Shown here in pieces: positions 28,330 to 38,609 of a DNA stretch of 64,000 nucleotides. Position 1 is the stretch's first letter. The number at the start of each line of letters is the position of its first letter. The notes beneath the pieces were generated by a model that did no database searches, was not told the DNA's origin, and was given only the letters and a program-made list of their open reading frames with translations. The position numbers and the translations under genes were made by a program. The stretch spans positions 1,534-65,533 of the forward strand of contig JAHDEJ010000017.1 in the NCBI GenBank assembly GCA_020628865.1, in the 5' to 3' direction. This DNA comes from Acidimicrobiales bacterium (lineage in GTDB: Bacteria > Actinomycetota > Acidimicrobiia > Acidimicrobiales > SHLQ01).

Positions 28330-29369
28330 GAGCGGTTCCTTCGGTTTGGGCGGAGACACATTTGGACGACTGACGTGAGTACGCCGGCGCCCCAGCTGAG
28401 ATGCATGGTGGGGAACGCTGCGGCGAGCGTGCGCGGGTTCACGGGCGCCGGATGCTCGGCGGCCGCCTTTCGGGTGGCCGCAGCGGTGAGGAGGCCGTAT
28501 GCCGTGACGTTCGTGGCGACGAGAAGTCGTCCCCATCGGCGGGTGGAAAGGAACGGGCTGAGTGCCACGAACCCGGCGAAGGCTGGGGCGACCAGGTGGC
28601 GCGGCTTCACATCGCCGGGGTGCTGCGCGGCCACGTGGGCCTTCCAGCGGCCGTAGTGCCAGAACTGGCGTCGAAGTGCATGGAGGTCGGGCCTCGGTCG
28701 GTAGATCGATTCGATCGAAGGGTCGAAGACGAGCCGGTGACCGGCCTGCCGGAGGCGAATGTTGATCTCGTAGTCGGAGTTGCGAGCGAGCGATTCGTCG
28801 AAGCCGCCGATGTCGACGAGCGTCTGACGCCAGTAGGCGGGGTGGCTGATGGTGTCGACCTCGCATCGTTCGGTGGCGAAACGATGTCCCGAGGCCATGC
28901 CGAACGGGGAGACCATGGCCGCGCCAACCGCCGTGGATTCGGGAGTGGTGCCGATGTGCAGGTAGCGGCCGCCGACACCGGCGGCGCCCGTCTCGGTGAG
29001 AACCTTCACGGAGCGGCTGACGTAGTCGGTTTCTGGCACGCCGTGCGAGGAGAAGAGGAAGACGATGTCGCCGCGGCCCTGGTGCGCGCCGATGTTGAAG
29101 GCAGCCGCCGCAGACCCGACCGGGTTGTCGACGACGCGGATCCAGTGTTCGTTGGCGGCTCGCTCGTCCACGTACTCGCGGGAGCCGTCGGTCGAGCCAC
29201 CGTCGATGACGAGAACTTCGAGTCGGTCGAGCGGATAGTCCTGCGCCTCGAAGGACGCGAGGCAGTGCTCGATCGCACCGAGTTCGTTCAACATCGGTAC
29301 GGCGATCGTCACCATCGGGTCGCTCTCGGCAGCGACCGCGGTGTCATCGACATGATCACGCGGGTTCAT
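28326..29369 (-). CDS. family-2 glycosyltransferase (non-processive type)
   Basis: Motifs are VTIAVPMLNE, VLVIDGGSTDGS and a DxD-like region. There is no QxxRW motif, and the C-terminal segment is hydrophobic. Confidence 0.85.
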   Translation of the reverse strand: MNPRDHVDDTAVAAESDPMVTIAVPMLNELGAIEHCLASFEAQDYPLDRLEVLVIDGGSTDGSREYVDERAANEHWIRVVDNPVGSAAAAFNIGAHQGRGDIVFLFSSHGVPETDYVSRSVKVLTETGAAGVGGRYLHIGTTPESTAVGAAMVSPFGMASGHRFATERCEVDTISHPAYWRQTLVDIGGFDESLARNSDYEINIRLRQAGHRLVFDPSIESIYRPRPDLHALRRQFWHYGRWKAHVAAQHPGDVKPRHLVAPAFAGFVALSPFLSTRRWGRLLVATNVTAYGLLTAAATRKAAAEHPAPVNPRTLAAAFPTMHLSWGAGVLTSVVQMCLRPNRRNRS

Positions 29370-29389
29370 CGGGTGCCGATCGGCAAAAA

Positions 29390-30757
29390 TCAGCTGGTTG
29401 TGAGCGGCGCAGCCACGCCCAGACGTTCGAGAATTCGGTCGCCGATGCTGAAGGCGTCGACTTCGTCCGGCCAGTCAGTTCGACGAGCGGAGGCGAGGAT
29501 GCCTCGGGGGTCGTGACGACCCGAGCGATGGTCGTTGATGGCCTCGATCGAAGCGCCGATTCGCTCCGGGGCGACGAGCGCATCGGCGACGCGCACGTGG
29601 GTCGCGTTGCTCGGAAGATCGGCAGTGAGGGTGACGGTGTCGTCGGCACGCATGGACTCGGTGATTGCCGAACCGAGCGCCTCGCGAATCCATGTTTCGA
29701 ATCGTTGCGCCTGGGCTGCATCGGGGAGCACGTAGGTGAGTTGCGGGACCATCGCCGGCCGGGTGTCGGCGGTGAATGGGCAATCGAGGTGGTGGAGCAG
29801 AGCGAGCGGGTCGTTGATGACCGCCTGGTGCGTGCGGCTCGGGTCGACGTCGAGGTCGGCCTTCTGCCCCATCGACGAGACGACGACGACGTTGCGGTCG
29901 GTGCGTTCGGCGTGCTGCACGAGACGGCCGACGATGCGATCGGTGGCCCGCATCGCGAACGGCAGTTCGTCCGCATGTTCGGCGATCCACTCGTCGCCGT
30001 ACGGGTGCTCGGACCAGTCTTCGGGGAACGATGCCGCCCAGTATCGATGCATGGCGCTGGCCACGTGGTTCGTGAACAGGATGCTGAGGTCGGTGTCGTG
30101 TCGTTCGATCTGGCGGAGGAACACGTCGGCCATGAGGAGGGACTGGCCGACCCGGAGGCGCTCCTTGTTCCAGCGTCGGGTACCGACGGCGGCGGCGAGG
30201 CGGGCGAGTTCGAGCCAGGTCGCCGGAGTGACGCCGTGTCTGGCGAAGCCGAGCACGCCGCGCAGGTCGTTGGGGGAGAGGCGCGCCGACGCCACTCGTG
30301 CGGACTGTCGGGAGAGGCGTAGGTTGAGTTCCTGCAGCGGCTGCAAGGCCGCCGGTCGGGTCTCGGGGTCGCCGGAGAAGACGTCCGGGATCACGAACGA
30401 ATGGTTGGGCGAGGCGCACCGCTCGCTGATGGGGGAGGTGTGGAGCGCCCCGACGAGGCCGACGGTTCGACCCGCTTCGGCCGCCCGCTGCCAGTAGAAG
30501 GGATGCTCGTCCGGTTTGGGGTCGCCGTACCAGAACACGCCGTGGTCTTCCCACGGCACCCCCATGCCGACCGAGGCCCAACTCTGGGAGGGGTAGAGAT
30601 CGCGGGGCAGGTCTTCGTGGAGCAGCGTGTCGACCACTTGCCCCCGTTGCGCGAGTTGCCAGAGCGCGGAGCGCGGGTGTTGCTGCCCCCACCATGAGAG
30701 AACCCGGGGAGGAAGCTCATTGACCTCGAGAACGATCAGTCGCTCCATCGCTCCCAA
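29390..30757 (-). CDS. alkaline-phosphatase-superfamily-like protein (phosphodiesterase/phosphotransferase/sulfatase fold), function unknown
   Basis: LYPSQSWASVGMGVPWEDHGVF resembles the nucleophile loop of AlkP/NPP enzymes (P-T/S-x-T/S...T-G-x-x-P-x-x-H-G). The N-terminal strand IVLEVNELP has N where the family usually has a metal-binding D. Confidence 0.45.
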   Translation of the reverse strand: MGAMERLIVLEVNELPPRVLSWWGQQHPRSALWQLAQRGQVVDTLLHEDLPRDLYPSQSWASVGMGVPWEDHGVFWYGDPKPDEHPFYWQRAAEAGRTVGLVGALHTSPISERCASPNHSFVIPDVFSGDPETRPAALQPLQELNLRLSRQSARVASARLSPNDLRGVLGFARHGVTPATWLELARLAAAVGTRRWNKERLRVGQSLLMADVFLRQIERHDTDLSILFTNHVASAMHRYWAASFPEDWSEHPYGDEWIAEHADELPFAMRATDRIVGRLVQHAERTDRNVVVVSSMGQKADLDVDPSRTHQAVINDPLALLHHLDCPFTADTRPAMVPQLTYVLPDAAQAQRFETWIREALGSAITESMRADDTVTLTADLPSNATHVRVADALVAPERIGASIEAINDHRSGRHDPRGILASARRTDWPDEVDAFSIGDRILERLGVAAPLTTS

Positions 30758-30797
30758 TCGGCTGGACTCGACGATTCCTGAACCTGTGGCCGTTGGG

Positions 30798-32501
30798 TCA
30801 GCCCACCGGTCGACGGACGAATCGGATCACCTGGACGTCGAGGAAGCCCAGCTCGTCGACGATCTCGGTCGCCGCCCATCCGGGAAACTCCGCGGTGATC
30901 TGCTCCTTGCCGATCCAGTGGAACTCGGTCGCCTCGGTGCTGCCGAGCAACTCGGCCAGTTCGGTCCGGTCGGGTGCATAGGGTGCGCTCAGCCAGGATC
31001 GGCCGTTGGACAGCTCGCCGAATTCGCGGGCCTTGAACGGGCTTCGCCAGACGACGATGTCGTCCGGATCGGTGAGTTGTGCGATGCGTTCGCCGGCGTC
31101 GCCGATCTCGTTCGTACGAATGGCGGTCCACGTCGCGCCGAGCAGCGACACGACAACGGACAGTGCCACGACGATGCGCAGCGCAATCGGTGAGCGGGCG
31201 GCGAGCCAGACCAGACCCATCACGGTCAACGTGAGGCCGGAGGTGAGGATGTACCGGCCGCCCCATTGCGGAAACGCGCCGGCAGCGAAGGCGGTGGCGG
31301 CGACCACGGGAAGGGGCCCGACGCCGAGGATTCCGACGAGCCACCAGCGCTCCTTCATCATGCCGGCGAGTCCGAAAAGTGCGGCCGGACCGGCGACTGC
31401 GAGTCCGGGCACGAACCCGAGTCCGAGGTAGACGAAGAGGATCGCCCAGACGGTCCACGCGGAAACCATCGCCTTCGCCAGAGCCGCAGGCGGCGCGCCC
31501 GAGCCTCGGGCGAGTGACAGCGCAAATGTGGCGGTCGTGAGGAGAATGGCGGCACTCAGAATCCAGGAGATCGGCGAGGTCGACGACATGGTGAACACCG
31601 TCGTCCCGAGAATCGAAAGGACCCGATCGGCGGCGTCCGTGCCCGCCGAGCCCAGCGTGGATGCACCCCGGGAGGCACGTGCGCTGCCACCGAGTACGAC
31701 GATTTCGAGGGCCGTGTGCAGACCGAGCGGCACGAGTGCCGCCGCGGCCATGAGCGCGCCGCGACCGATGGCGGCGACGGCACGCCGTTGAACGAGGAGG
31801 GCGCCGACGAGCGCCACTCCGGCGACGAAGCCGTAGACGAGCGCCTCCTGCCGCATCGTTGCCGCCAGGCCGTAGCCCAGTCCGGCAATCACCGCCGCGC
31901 GGGCCGGAGCTCGATCGGTCACGGCATCGAGTACGCCGACGAGGCCGATGGTCATCAGTGCGAGGCCCCACGAGTGTTCCCACACGTCGAGCGCGTAGAT
32001 CAGCGCGGGCGACGCCAGCCCGATCGTCCAGATGGACAGGGTTCCGTCATCGGTGGGCCGAAGCCGGCGATGCAACGCTCCGGCGGCGAGGGCGGCGGCG
32101 ATCGAACCGAGCATCGGGATGAGCAGAATGGCTCGGGGACCACCGACAGCCCACAGCGGCCGGGCCACGTAGATCATCGTCAGCGATGTCGTGTTCACCC
32201 ATGTTCCATTCTCCGTTTGGGCGGTGTGGGCGAAGGGGTGGAAGCGACCGGTGGGGTCTGCGGAATCGAACCAGTAGCCGATGTCCGGGTCCCAGTCGCC
32301 GCGTTCGACCATGGCGTCGATGCTGACGGTCTTGCCGCCGACGTCGGTCGACAGGTGACCGCGTGGGTCGATCGCAAGCGATACGAGGCCGTAGATGAGG
32401 AGAAGTGTGACGGCGATCGGTCTGGGCCGCCGGTACCAGGCCCGGGCGTCGGTGGACGCGACGGGCTCCGCTTCCGGGCGCGGCTCGACCATTGTGTCCA
32501 T
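30798..32501 (-). CDS. large polytopic membrane protein, GT-C-fold-like (ArnT/PMT/DUF2029-type glycosyltransferase or polymerase/ligase-like), with a C-terminal soluble domain
   Basis: This 567-aa ORF has about 11-13 predicted TM helices and an acidic first loop (AIDPRGHLSTDVGG...DWDPD). It is the first gene of the co-directional glycan cluster. The call rests on topology only. Confidence 0.55.
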   Translation of the reverse strand: MDTMVEPRPEAEPVASTDARAWYRRPRPIAVTLLLIYGLVSLAIDPRGHLSTDVGGKTVSIDAMVERGDWDPDIGYWFDSADPTGRFHPFAHTAQTENGTWVNTTSLTMIYVARPLWAVGGPRAILLIPMLGSIAAALAAGALHRRLRPTDDGTLSIWTIGLASPALIYALDVWEHSWGLALMTIGLVGVLDAVTDRAPARAAVIAGLGYGLAATMRQEALVYGFVAGVALVGALLVQRRAVAAIGRGALMAAAALVPLGLHTALEIVVLGGSARASRGASTLGSAGTDAADRVLSILGTTVFTMSSTSPISWILSAAILLTTATFALSLARGSGAPPAALAKAMVSAWTVWAILFVYLGLGFVPGLAVAGPAALFGLAGMMKERWWLVGILGVGPLPVVAATAFAAGAFPQWGGRYILTSGLTLTVMGLVWLAARSPIALRIVVALSVVVSLLGATWTAIRTNEIGDAGERIAQLTDPDDIVVWRSPFKAREFGELSNGRSWLSAPYAPDRTELAELLGSTEATEFHWIGKEQITAEFPGWAATEIVDELGFLDVQVIRFVRRPVG

Positions 32502-32545
32502 GCGGTCTCTTCGGTCGAAACCCCCGCGTGGTTAGGCGGTCGGCG

Positions 32546-33187
32546 TCAGGCCCGGTCCAGCCAGGCAAGAACGGCGAGCACTCTGCGGTGGTCGGCGGCG
32601 CTGGGTTCGAGGTTCAGTTTGGAGAAGATCGACGACGTGTGCTTCTCCACCGCGCCGGAGCTCACGGAGAGCTGCGCCGCGATGGCGGCGTTGGTGTAAC
32701 CCTGGGCCATGAGCGACAGCACGTCGGACTCTCGGGGTGTGAGGGAGTCGATCGGGTTGCGGCGACGGGCGAACAGCTGGCTGACGACCTCCGGGTCGAG
32801 GGCCGTTCCGCCGGCAGCGACGCGCTGGACGGCATCGATGAACTCGCCGACGTCCGCAATCCGCTCCTTCAACAGGTAGCCGATGCCGCCATTGCCGTCC
32901 GCCAACAGTTCCGAGGCGTACTGCTCTTCCACGTACTGCGACAGGACGAGAATCCTGGCGTCCGGATGGTTGGCCCGAAGCTCGATGGAGGCCTTGATGC
33001 CTTCGTCGGTGTGGGTGGGTGGCATGCGCACGTCGACGATGCTGATGTCGGGCCGGGTTCGCTCCCACTCGCGCAGGAACGCGTCGGCATCGCCCGCCTC
33101 GCCGACCATCTCCATGTCCTCGTCTTCGAGGAGCCGGCCGAGGCCGGCGCGGAGGAGAACGGAGTCTTCGACGACGAGTACGCGCAT
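32546..33187 (-). CDS. NarL/LuxR-family response regulator
   Basis: The start is at MRVLVVEDS (TGATG overlap with the kinase stop). The receiver has D at VDVRMP and K at the YLLK site, and the C-terminal LuxR HTH is LTPRESDVLSLMAQGYTNAAIA. Confidence 0.9.
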   Translation of the reverse strand: MRVLVVEDSVLLRAGLGRLLEDEDMEMVGEAGDADAFLREWERTRPDISIVDVRMPPTHTDEGIKASIELRANHPDARILVLSQYVEEQYASELLADGNGGIGYLLKERIADVGEFIDAVQRVAAGGTALDPEVVSQLFARRRNPIDSLTPRESDVLSLMAQGYTNAAIAAQLSVSSGAVEKHTSSIFSKLNLEPSAADHRRVLAVLAWLDRA

Positions 33188-34440
33188 CAGGTGACCGGCA
33201 ATTCGATGAGGGCGGTGGTGCCACCGCCGAGTGGGCTGCTCATGTTCATGGTGCCATCCACCGCAGTCAGTCGGTCGTACAGGCCGGTGATGCCGGTGCC
33301 GAGGCCGGTCGTCACGCCGCCCACGCCGTCGTCGCTCACTTCGATCGAAAGCCGATCCTCGGTGCCGCGGACGGTCACCCACGCATTGGTTGCGCTCGAA
33401 TGGCGGCCGATGTTCGTGATGAGCTCGCAGACGGCGAAGTACGCAGCGCTCTCGACCGGCATGGTCGGGCGACGTTCCATGCGGACGTCCAGGTGGATGG
33501 GAACCGGACAGCGGGCGGCCACTTCGGACAATGCCGCATCGAGACCCCGGTCCGTCAGCACGGCCGGGTGGATGCCGCGGGCAAGGTCCCGCAGCTCGAC
33601 GATGGCCGCTTTGGCGTCCTCGTGGGCGCCGTCGATGATCTGGCCGACCTCGTCGCTCGCCCCGCCCTGCTCGAGCTTTCGTTTGGCTCGGCCCAGATCC
33701 AGGGCGACGGTGGCGAGGCGAGCCTGGGCGCCGTCGTGCAGATTGCGTTCGATTCGCCGGCGTTCGGCTTCCGCAGCCTCGAGTGACCGGTCTCGGCTGC
33801 GCTCGACGACGCGGGCCCGCTGGGCCAGCTGGGCCTGGGATGGGCCGAGCAGCAGGGTGGCCAGGTACACGTGGAGCTCGGTGACGGCGTGGATGAAGAT
33901 CGGGCCGAGCAGGGTGAAGGCGAGGCCGGTGGCCACGATGAGGATGGTCCACCCCTCGAAGACCCACCAGCCCCAGAAGAACGTGCTGAGCGCCCACACC
34001 GGATAGACCCATGCCATCAGCGCGATCACGAAGCTCGTCAATCCGAGCGGGAACCGGGCGAGGACGAAGAAGAGCTCACGCCAGTAGGTGCCGTCGCGCA
34101 GCGGATTGATGATGCGCGAACCGATCGTCGGCCGTTCCTGGTGGTCGGCGAGGCGGGTGCCGCGCGGGATGTCGACCCGAAGGAGCTCCTGGAGGATTCG
34201 ACGCTCGACGTGGGCGGCGCCCGCAGCGATGCGAAGCGTGAACGAGAGAAGTACGAAGCCGACCAAGACCACGAGGAGGGACCCGGCGACGCTGAGCGAC
34301 ACGGCAAAGACGGTGAACCAGCCGAGGCCGATCGGCAGCCCGAGCAGGCAGTAGATCGTCTTGTTGATGAGTGCCGAGTTGTAGACCTGTCTCACGACCG
34401 TCCCCCGGGACTTCCCTTGACCAGGATCGCCCCGACCCAT
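33187..34440 (-). CDS. HisKA_3-type sensor histidine kinase with a multi-TM N-terminal sensor region
   Basis: The H-box is ERRRIERNLHDGAQARL and the ATPase N/G boxes are AVCELITNIGRHS and DDGVGG...GTGITGL. Several N-terminal TM helices are present. The start is uncertain (34440, or the internal GTG at VRQVYN). Confidence 0.85.
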   Translation of the reverse strand: MGRGDPGQGKSRGTVVRQVYNSALINKTIYCLLGLPIGLGWFTVFAVSLSVAGSLLVVLVGFVLLSFTLRIAAGAAHVERRILQELLRVDIPRGTRLADHQERPTIGSRIINPLRDGTYWRELFFVLARFPLGLTSFVIALMAWVYPVWALSTFFWGWWVFEGWTILIVATGLAFTLLGPIFIHAVTELHVYLATLLLGPSQAQLAQRARVVERSRDRSLEAAEAERRRIERNLHDGAQARLATVALDLGRAKRKLEQGGASDEVGQIIDGAHEDAKAAIVELRDLARGIHPAVLTDRGLDAALSEVAARCPVPIHLDVRMERRPTMPVESAAYFAVCELITNIGRHSSATNAWVTVRGTEDRLSIEVSDDGVGGVTTGLGTGITGLYDRLTAVDGTMNMSSPLGGGTTALIELPVT

Positions 34441-34634
34441 GTTGCCAGAATCGGCCCGAGACCCGCCAAAGGTGCTGCGGCCGGTCCCAGCAGGGTGTGG
34501 AGGGTCGACAGGTCGATCATGGACTCATCGTGCGCCTTCGCGCATCGGAATTGAATCCGGCCATCTGGCAATCCGATAGTAGGGCCAGCCCCACTTCCCG
34601 ATAGTCTCGTTTCTTTCCAGCGAGAGGTTTCGCA

Positions 34635-35747
34635 GTGGCTGAGATCGACATCGGCATGGGTAAATCCGGGCGCCGAGCCTATGGATTCGACGACATCACG
34701 ATCGTCCCGTCGCGCCGGACCCGCGACCCGGAGGACATCGACCTGAGCTGGGAGATCGACGCCTACCGCTTCGATCTGCCGTTCATGGCGTCGGCGATGG
34801 ATTCGGTCGTTTCCCCGGCGACGGCAATCGAGATCGGTCGCCTCGGCGGAGTCGGTGTGCTGAACCTCGAAGGCCTGTGGACTCGCTACGAGGATGCGGA
34901 TGCCGTCCTGGCGGAGATCGCCACGCTCGACGAACCCACGGCGATGGCACGCATGCAGGAGCTGTATGCGGCGCCGGTCGATCCCGACCTCGTCGTCGAG
35001 CGCATTCGCGAGATCAACGATGCCGACATGGTCAGTTGTGCGGCGATCAGCCCCCAGCGGACCGCCGACCACATCGACACCATCCTGAAGGCCGAGCTCG
35101 GTCTCCTGGTGATCCAGCAGCCGGTCATCTCCGCAGAACACGTCAGCAAGAACGAGACCGAGCCGCTGAACCTCAAGACGTTCATCCGGCGGCTCGAGGT
35201 GCCGGTGATCGTCGGCGATTGTGCCAGCTACTCGGCCGCCCTCCACCTGATGCGGACCGGCGCGGCCGGCGTGCTCGTCGGCGTCGGGACCGGCCGGGCC
35301 AGCACGGTGCGCCGCGTGCTCGGCATCGGTGGACCGCAGGCCACGGCGTTGGCCGACGCCCGCGCCGCCCGCATGCGTCACCTGGACGAAACCGGGGTGT
35401 ACACCCACATCATTGCCGACGGCAGCATGGCGACCGGCGGCGATGTCGCCAAGGCCATCGTCTGTGGTGCCGATGCCGTGATGCTCGGAGCGCCCCTGGC
35501 CGCCGCAAGCGAAGCTCCCGGCAAGGGCTGGCACTGGGGCGTGCAGAGCGTGCACCCGACCGTCCCGCAGGGCGGCCGGGTCGCCGTACCGGTCCGAGGC
35601 ACGCTCGACGAGATCATCCATGGGCCGTCGCATGCCGACGACGGGGCCCTCAACCTGGCCGGCAGTCTTCGCCAGAGCATGGCCATGTGCGGATACACCG
35701 ACCTCAAGGACTTCCAGAAGGCCGAGATCCTGGTGCAACAGTCATGA
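34635..35747 (+). CDS. guaB3: GuaB3-type IMP-dehydrogenase-related protein (no CBS insert)
   Basis: The product starts [37 protein letters not shown], as in actinobacterial GuaB3. Its stop overlaps the guaA ATG. Confidence 0.85.
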   Translation: MAEIDIGMGKSGRRAYGFDDITIVPSRRTRDPEDIDLSWEIDAYRFDLPFMASAMDSVVSPATAIEIGRLGGVGVLNLEGLWTRYEDADAVLAEIATLDEPTAMARMQELYAAPVDPDLVVERIREINDADMVSCAAISPQRTADHIDTILKAELGLLVIQQPVISAEHVSKNETEPLNLKTFIRRLEVPVIVGDCASYSAALHLMRTGAAGVLVGVGTGRASTVRRVLGIGGPQATALADARAARMRHLDETGVYTHIIADGSMATGGDVAKAIVCGADAVMLGAPLAAASEAPGKGWHWGVQSVHPTVPQGGRVAVPVRGTLDEIIHGPSHADDGALNLAGSLRQSMAMCGYTDLKDFQKAEILVQQS

Positions 35748-37303
35748 CCGGTACCCCCGCGGATCCCGCCGAAGAAACCGTTCTGGTCGTCGACTTCGGC
35801 GCCCAGTACGCCCAGTTGATCGCCCGCCGGGTGCGCGAGGCGAACGTCTACTCGGAGATCGTGCCGCACACGATCACGGCCGACGAGGTGCGAGCCAAAG
35901 CGCCGACCGGCATCATCTTTTCCGGCGGCCCGAAGTCGGTGCACGTCGAGGGTGCGCCGCAGATCGATCCCGAGGTGTACGACCTGGGCGTCCCGGTCCT
36001 GGGCATCTGTTACGGCGCGCAGCTGATCGCCCATCAGAACGACGGCACGGTCGGTCGGAACGAACGGGGCGAATACGGCCGGACCGAACTGACCGTGAAG
36101 GACGCCGGCGGAAGTCTCCTCGAGGGAACGCCCGGCACGCAGACCGTGTGGATGAGCCACTTCGACGCCATCACCGACGTGCCGGACACCTTCGACGTCA
36201 TCGCATCGACACCCGACGCGCCGGTGGCGGCCTTCGAGAACGCCGACGCCGGGCTCTACGGGGTGCAGTACCACCCCGAGGTCGTCCACAGTCCGTTCGG
36301 CCAGCACGTGATCGAACGATTCCTCGGCGACGCCTGCGGTGCGTCCCAGGCGTGGACCATGGCGAGCGTGATCGACACGCAGGTCGAGCTGATCCAGCAA
36401 CAGGTCGGCGACGAGGGCCGGGTCATCTGTGCGCTCTCCGGTGGCGTCGATTCCGCCGTTGCAGCAGCACTGGTCCACAAGGCGGTCGGCGATCGGCTCA
36501 CCTGCGTCTACGTCGACACCGGTCTGATGCGCAAGGGCGAGTCCGACCAGATCGTGGAGACCTTCGAGCGTCACCAGAAGATCGAGCTCATTCACGTGAG
36601 CGCGGCCGAACGGTTCTTCGAACACCTGCAGGGTGTCATCGACCCGGAGCAGAAGCGCAAGACGATCGGTGAGCAGTTCATCCGGGTGTTCGAGGCAGCC
36701 AAGGCCAGCGTCGAGGGAGCCCAGTACCTCGTGCAGGGCACGCTCTACCCGGACGTCATCGAGTCGGGCACCTCCGACGCAGCGAAGATCAAGAGCCACC
36801 ACAACGTTGGCGGCCTCCCGGACGACATCGAGTTCGAACTCGTCGAGCCGCTCCGGTCCCTGTTCAAGGACGAGGTTCGTGCCGTCGGGACCGAGCTCGG
36901 CCTGCCTGACGAAATCGTCTGGCGTCAACCGTTCCCCGGACCGGGCCTGGGCGTCCGCATCATCGGCGAGGTCACGCCGGAGAAGGTGGCCGTACTCCAG
37001 GAAGCCGATTGGATCGTGCGTGAAGAGATCCGTCTCGCCGGTCTCGATCGAGAGATCTGGCAGGCGTTCGCCGTTCTGCCCGGCGTGAATTCGGTGGGCG
37101 TCATGGGCGACGAGCGCACCTACGCCGACGCCGTCATCATTCGTGCCGTCACCTCTGAGGACGCGATGACGGCCGATTGGGCCCGACTTCCCTACGAACT
37201 GTTGGACCGGATGTCGAACCGGATCATCAACGAGGTGGCCGGCGTGAACCGCGTCGCCTACGACATCACGTCGAAGCCTCCGGGCACGATCGAATGGGAA
37301 TGA
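35744..37303 (+). CDS. guaA: GMP synthase (glutamine-hydrolysing)
   Basis: ATG 35744 lies in ORF 34877..37303. It has the GATase motif GICYGAQL, the PP-loop SGGVDS and the C-terminal PPGTIEWE. Confidence 0.97.
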   Translation: MTGTPADPAEETVLVVDFGAQYAQLIARRVREANVYSEIVPHTITADEVRAKAPTGIIFSGGPKSVHVEGAPQIDPEVYDLGVPVLGICYGAQLIAHQNDGTVGRNERGEYGRTELTVKDAGGSLLEGTPGTQTVWMSHFDAITDVPDTFDVIASTPDAPVAAFENADAGLYGVQYHPEVVHSPFGQHVIERFLGDACGASQAWTMASVIDTQVELIQQQVGDEGRVICALSGGVDSAVAAALVHKAVGDRLTCVYVDTGLMRKGESDQIVETFERHQKIELIHVSAAERFFEHLQGVIDPEQKRKTIGEQFIRVFEAAKASVEGAQYLVQGTLYPDVIESGTSDAAKIKSHHNVGGLPDDIEFELVEPLRSLFKDEVRAVGTELGLPDEIVWRQPFPGPGLGVRIIGEVTPEKVAVLQEADWIVREEIRLAGLDREIWQAFAVLPGVNSVGVMGDERTYADAVIIRAVTSEDAMTADWARLPYELLDRMSNRIINEVAGVNRVAYDITSKPPGTIEWE

Positions 37304-37884
37304 GCGGTCCCGACGAGTCGAGCCCGGCCGAGGACACCATCGCGGCCATGGCCGTGTTCGGGAACATCCTCAACCAGGTCGATGACGAACACCTCGAGCT
37401 GGCCACGCCGTGCGCAGATTGGGATGTGCAGGCGCTGATCAGCCATGTCGTGCTCGGCGACGCGTCGATCCCGTTGCTGTTCGACGGCAAACCGCTCGAC
37501 CTCAGCCAGCCGATCAATCCGTCGATCCTCGGGCCGAATCCGATGGCCACGTGGCGGGGCACTGCCCTCGCCGCGATCGAGGCCTTCCGGCGTCCGGGAG
37601 CGATGGAGCAGATCGTGGCCCACCCCGTGGGCGACCGGCCGGGCAGCGTCGTCGCCCGGTTCCGGCTCGTCGACGTGCTCACGCATGCGTGGGATCTCGC
37701 AACAGCCTGCGGCATCCCGGTCGAACTGCCCGACGAGCTTGCCGAAGCAGCGCTCGAGTTCCTGCAGCCGATGTTCGAACAGATCCGCGGCTCGGAGTTC
37801 TTCGTGGATGCCGGCACCGTCGAACCTCCCGAGGGAGCCTCGGCCGGCGTGCGGCTCGTGTCCTTGCTCGGTCGACGTCCCTGA
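37300..37884 (+). CDS. DinB-superfamily, mycothiol maleylpyruvate isomerase N-terminal-domain (TIGR03086-like) protein
   Basis: The start is ATG 37300 (ATG 37294 is an alternative) and overlaps the guaA stop. The pattern [18 protein letters not shown] is characteristic of the family. Confidence 0.65.
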   Translation: MSGPDESSPAEDTIAAMAVFGNILNQVDDEHLELATPCADWDVQALISHVVLGDASIPLLFDGKPLDLSQPINPSILGPNPMATWRGTALAAIEAFRRPGAMEQIVAHPVGDRPGSVVARFRLVDVLTHAWDLATACGIPVELPDELAEAALEFLQPMFEQIRGSEFFVDAGTVEPPEGASAGVRLVSLLGRRP

Positions 37885-37896
37885 CGGGAGATCGGT

Positions 37897-38526
37897 TCAG
37901 GCGTCGCTGACCCGCGTGCCGCCGAACATCTCGTCGTAGTCGGCCAACGATGCCTCGATGACCTTGCGGGCGTGCTCCGCGCCATAGGTGCCGACGATCT
38001 CGATCCCGTTGGGCTTCTTGCCAGTCATGTCCATTTTGTAGGTGCCGAAGTAGTGCACGATTCGGTTCACGACGGCCACGGGGAGCTGGTCGAGTTCCCG
38101 GGCGTAGTCGAACACCGTGTCGCTGCCGAGGACGGCGATGATCTTGTCGTCTGCCTCGCCGCCATCGAGGACGGAGATGCCGCCCACGACGCGAGCAGGC
38201 AGGACGATCTCCGCGCGGTCGATCCGCTGCTGGCTCAGCACGCAGATGTCGAGCGGGTCGTGGTCGCCTTCACGGGATCCGGGGGTGAGCGCGGCCACCC
38301 GTTCGCCGCAGTAGGTCTGGGGAACAAACCCGTACAGCGTCGGTGGCAGTGCCGAGGAGCCCTGGGGGCGGTCCACCCGGAGATAGCCGGTCTGCTTGTC
38401 GATCTCGTACTTGACCGCGTCGAACGGGGTGATCTCGATGTACGCGTCGACGACGTCCGGTGCGTCGGGGCCCGCCGTCAACCCGTGCCAGGGGTGCGCG
38501 CGGAAGTAGTCGAAGGTATCGATCAT
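37897..38526 (-). CDS. ppa: family I inorganic pyrophosphatase
   Basis: Motifs are YIEITPFDAVKYEIDK, YGFVPQT, GDHDPLDICVL and DDKIIAV. Confidence 0.9.
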   Translation of the reverse strand: MIDTFDYFRAHPWHGLTAGPDAPDVVDAYIEITPFDAVKYEIDKQTGYLRVDRPQGSSALPPTLYGFVPQTYCGERVAALTPGSREGDHDPLDICVLSQQRIDRAEIVLPARVVGGISVLDGGEADDKIIAVLGSDTVFDYARELDQLPVAVVNRIVHYFGTYKMDMTGKKPNGIEIVGTYGAEHARKVIEASLADYDEMFGGTRVSDA

Positions 38527-38609
38527 GCAACTCTATCGGCGGGCGACCGTCGGATTGAAGGTGGGGGCCATATGGGCCATTTGACTCATGTTCGCCGTCA
38601 ACCTGCCGA

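Noticed and set aside
22518-28866. Arg-rich N-terminal extensions of ORFs 22518..24158, 25626..27518, 26705..27508 and 27274..28866.
   Set aside because: Each extension runs out of frame through the upstream cluster gene. The motif-supported starts coincide with 4-nt ATGA/GTGA overlaps.
34392-36928. Minus-strand ORFs 34392..35738 and 35378..36928.
   Set aside because: They are antisense to guaB3 and guaA, with no recognisable domains.
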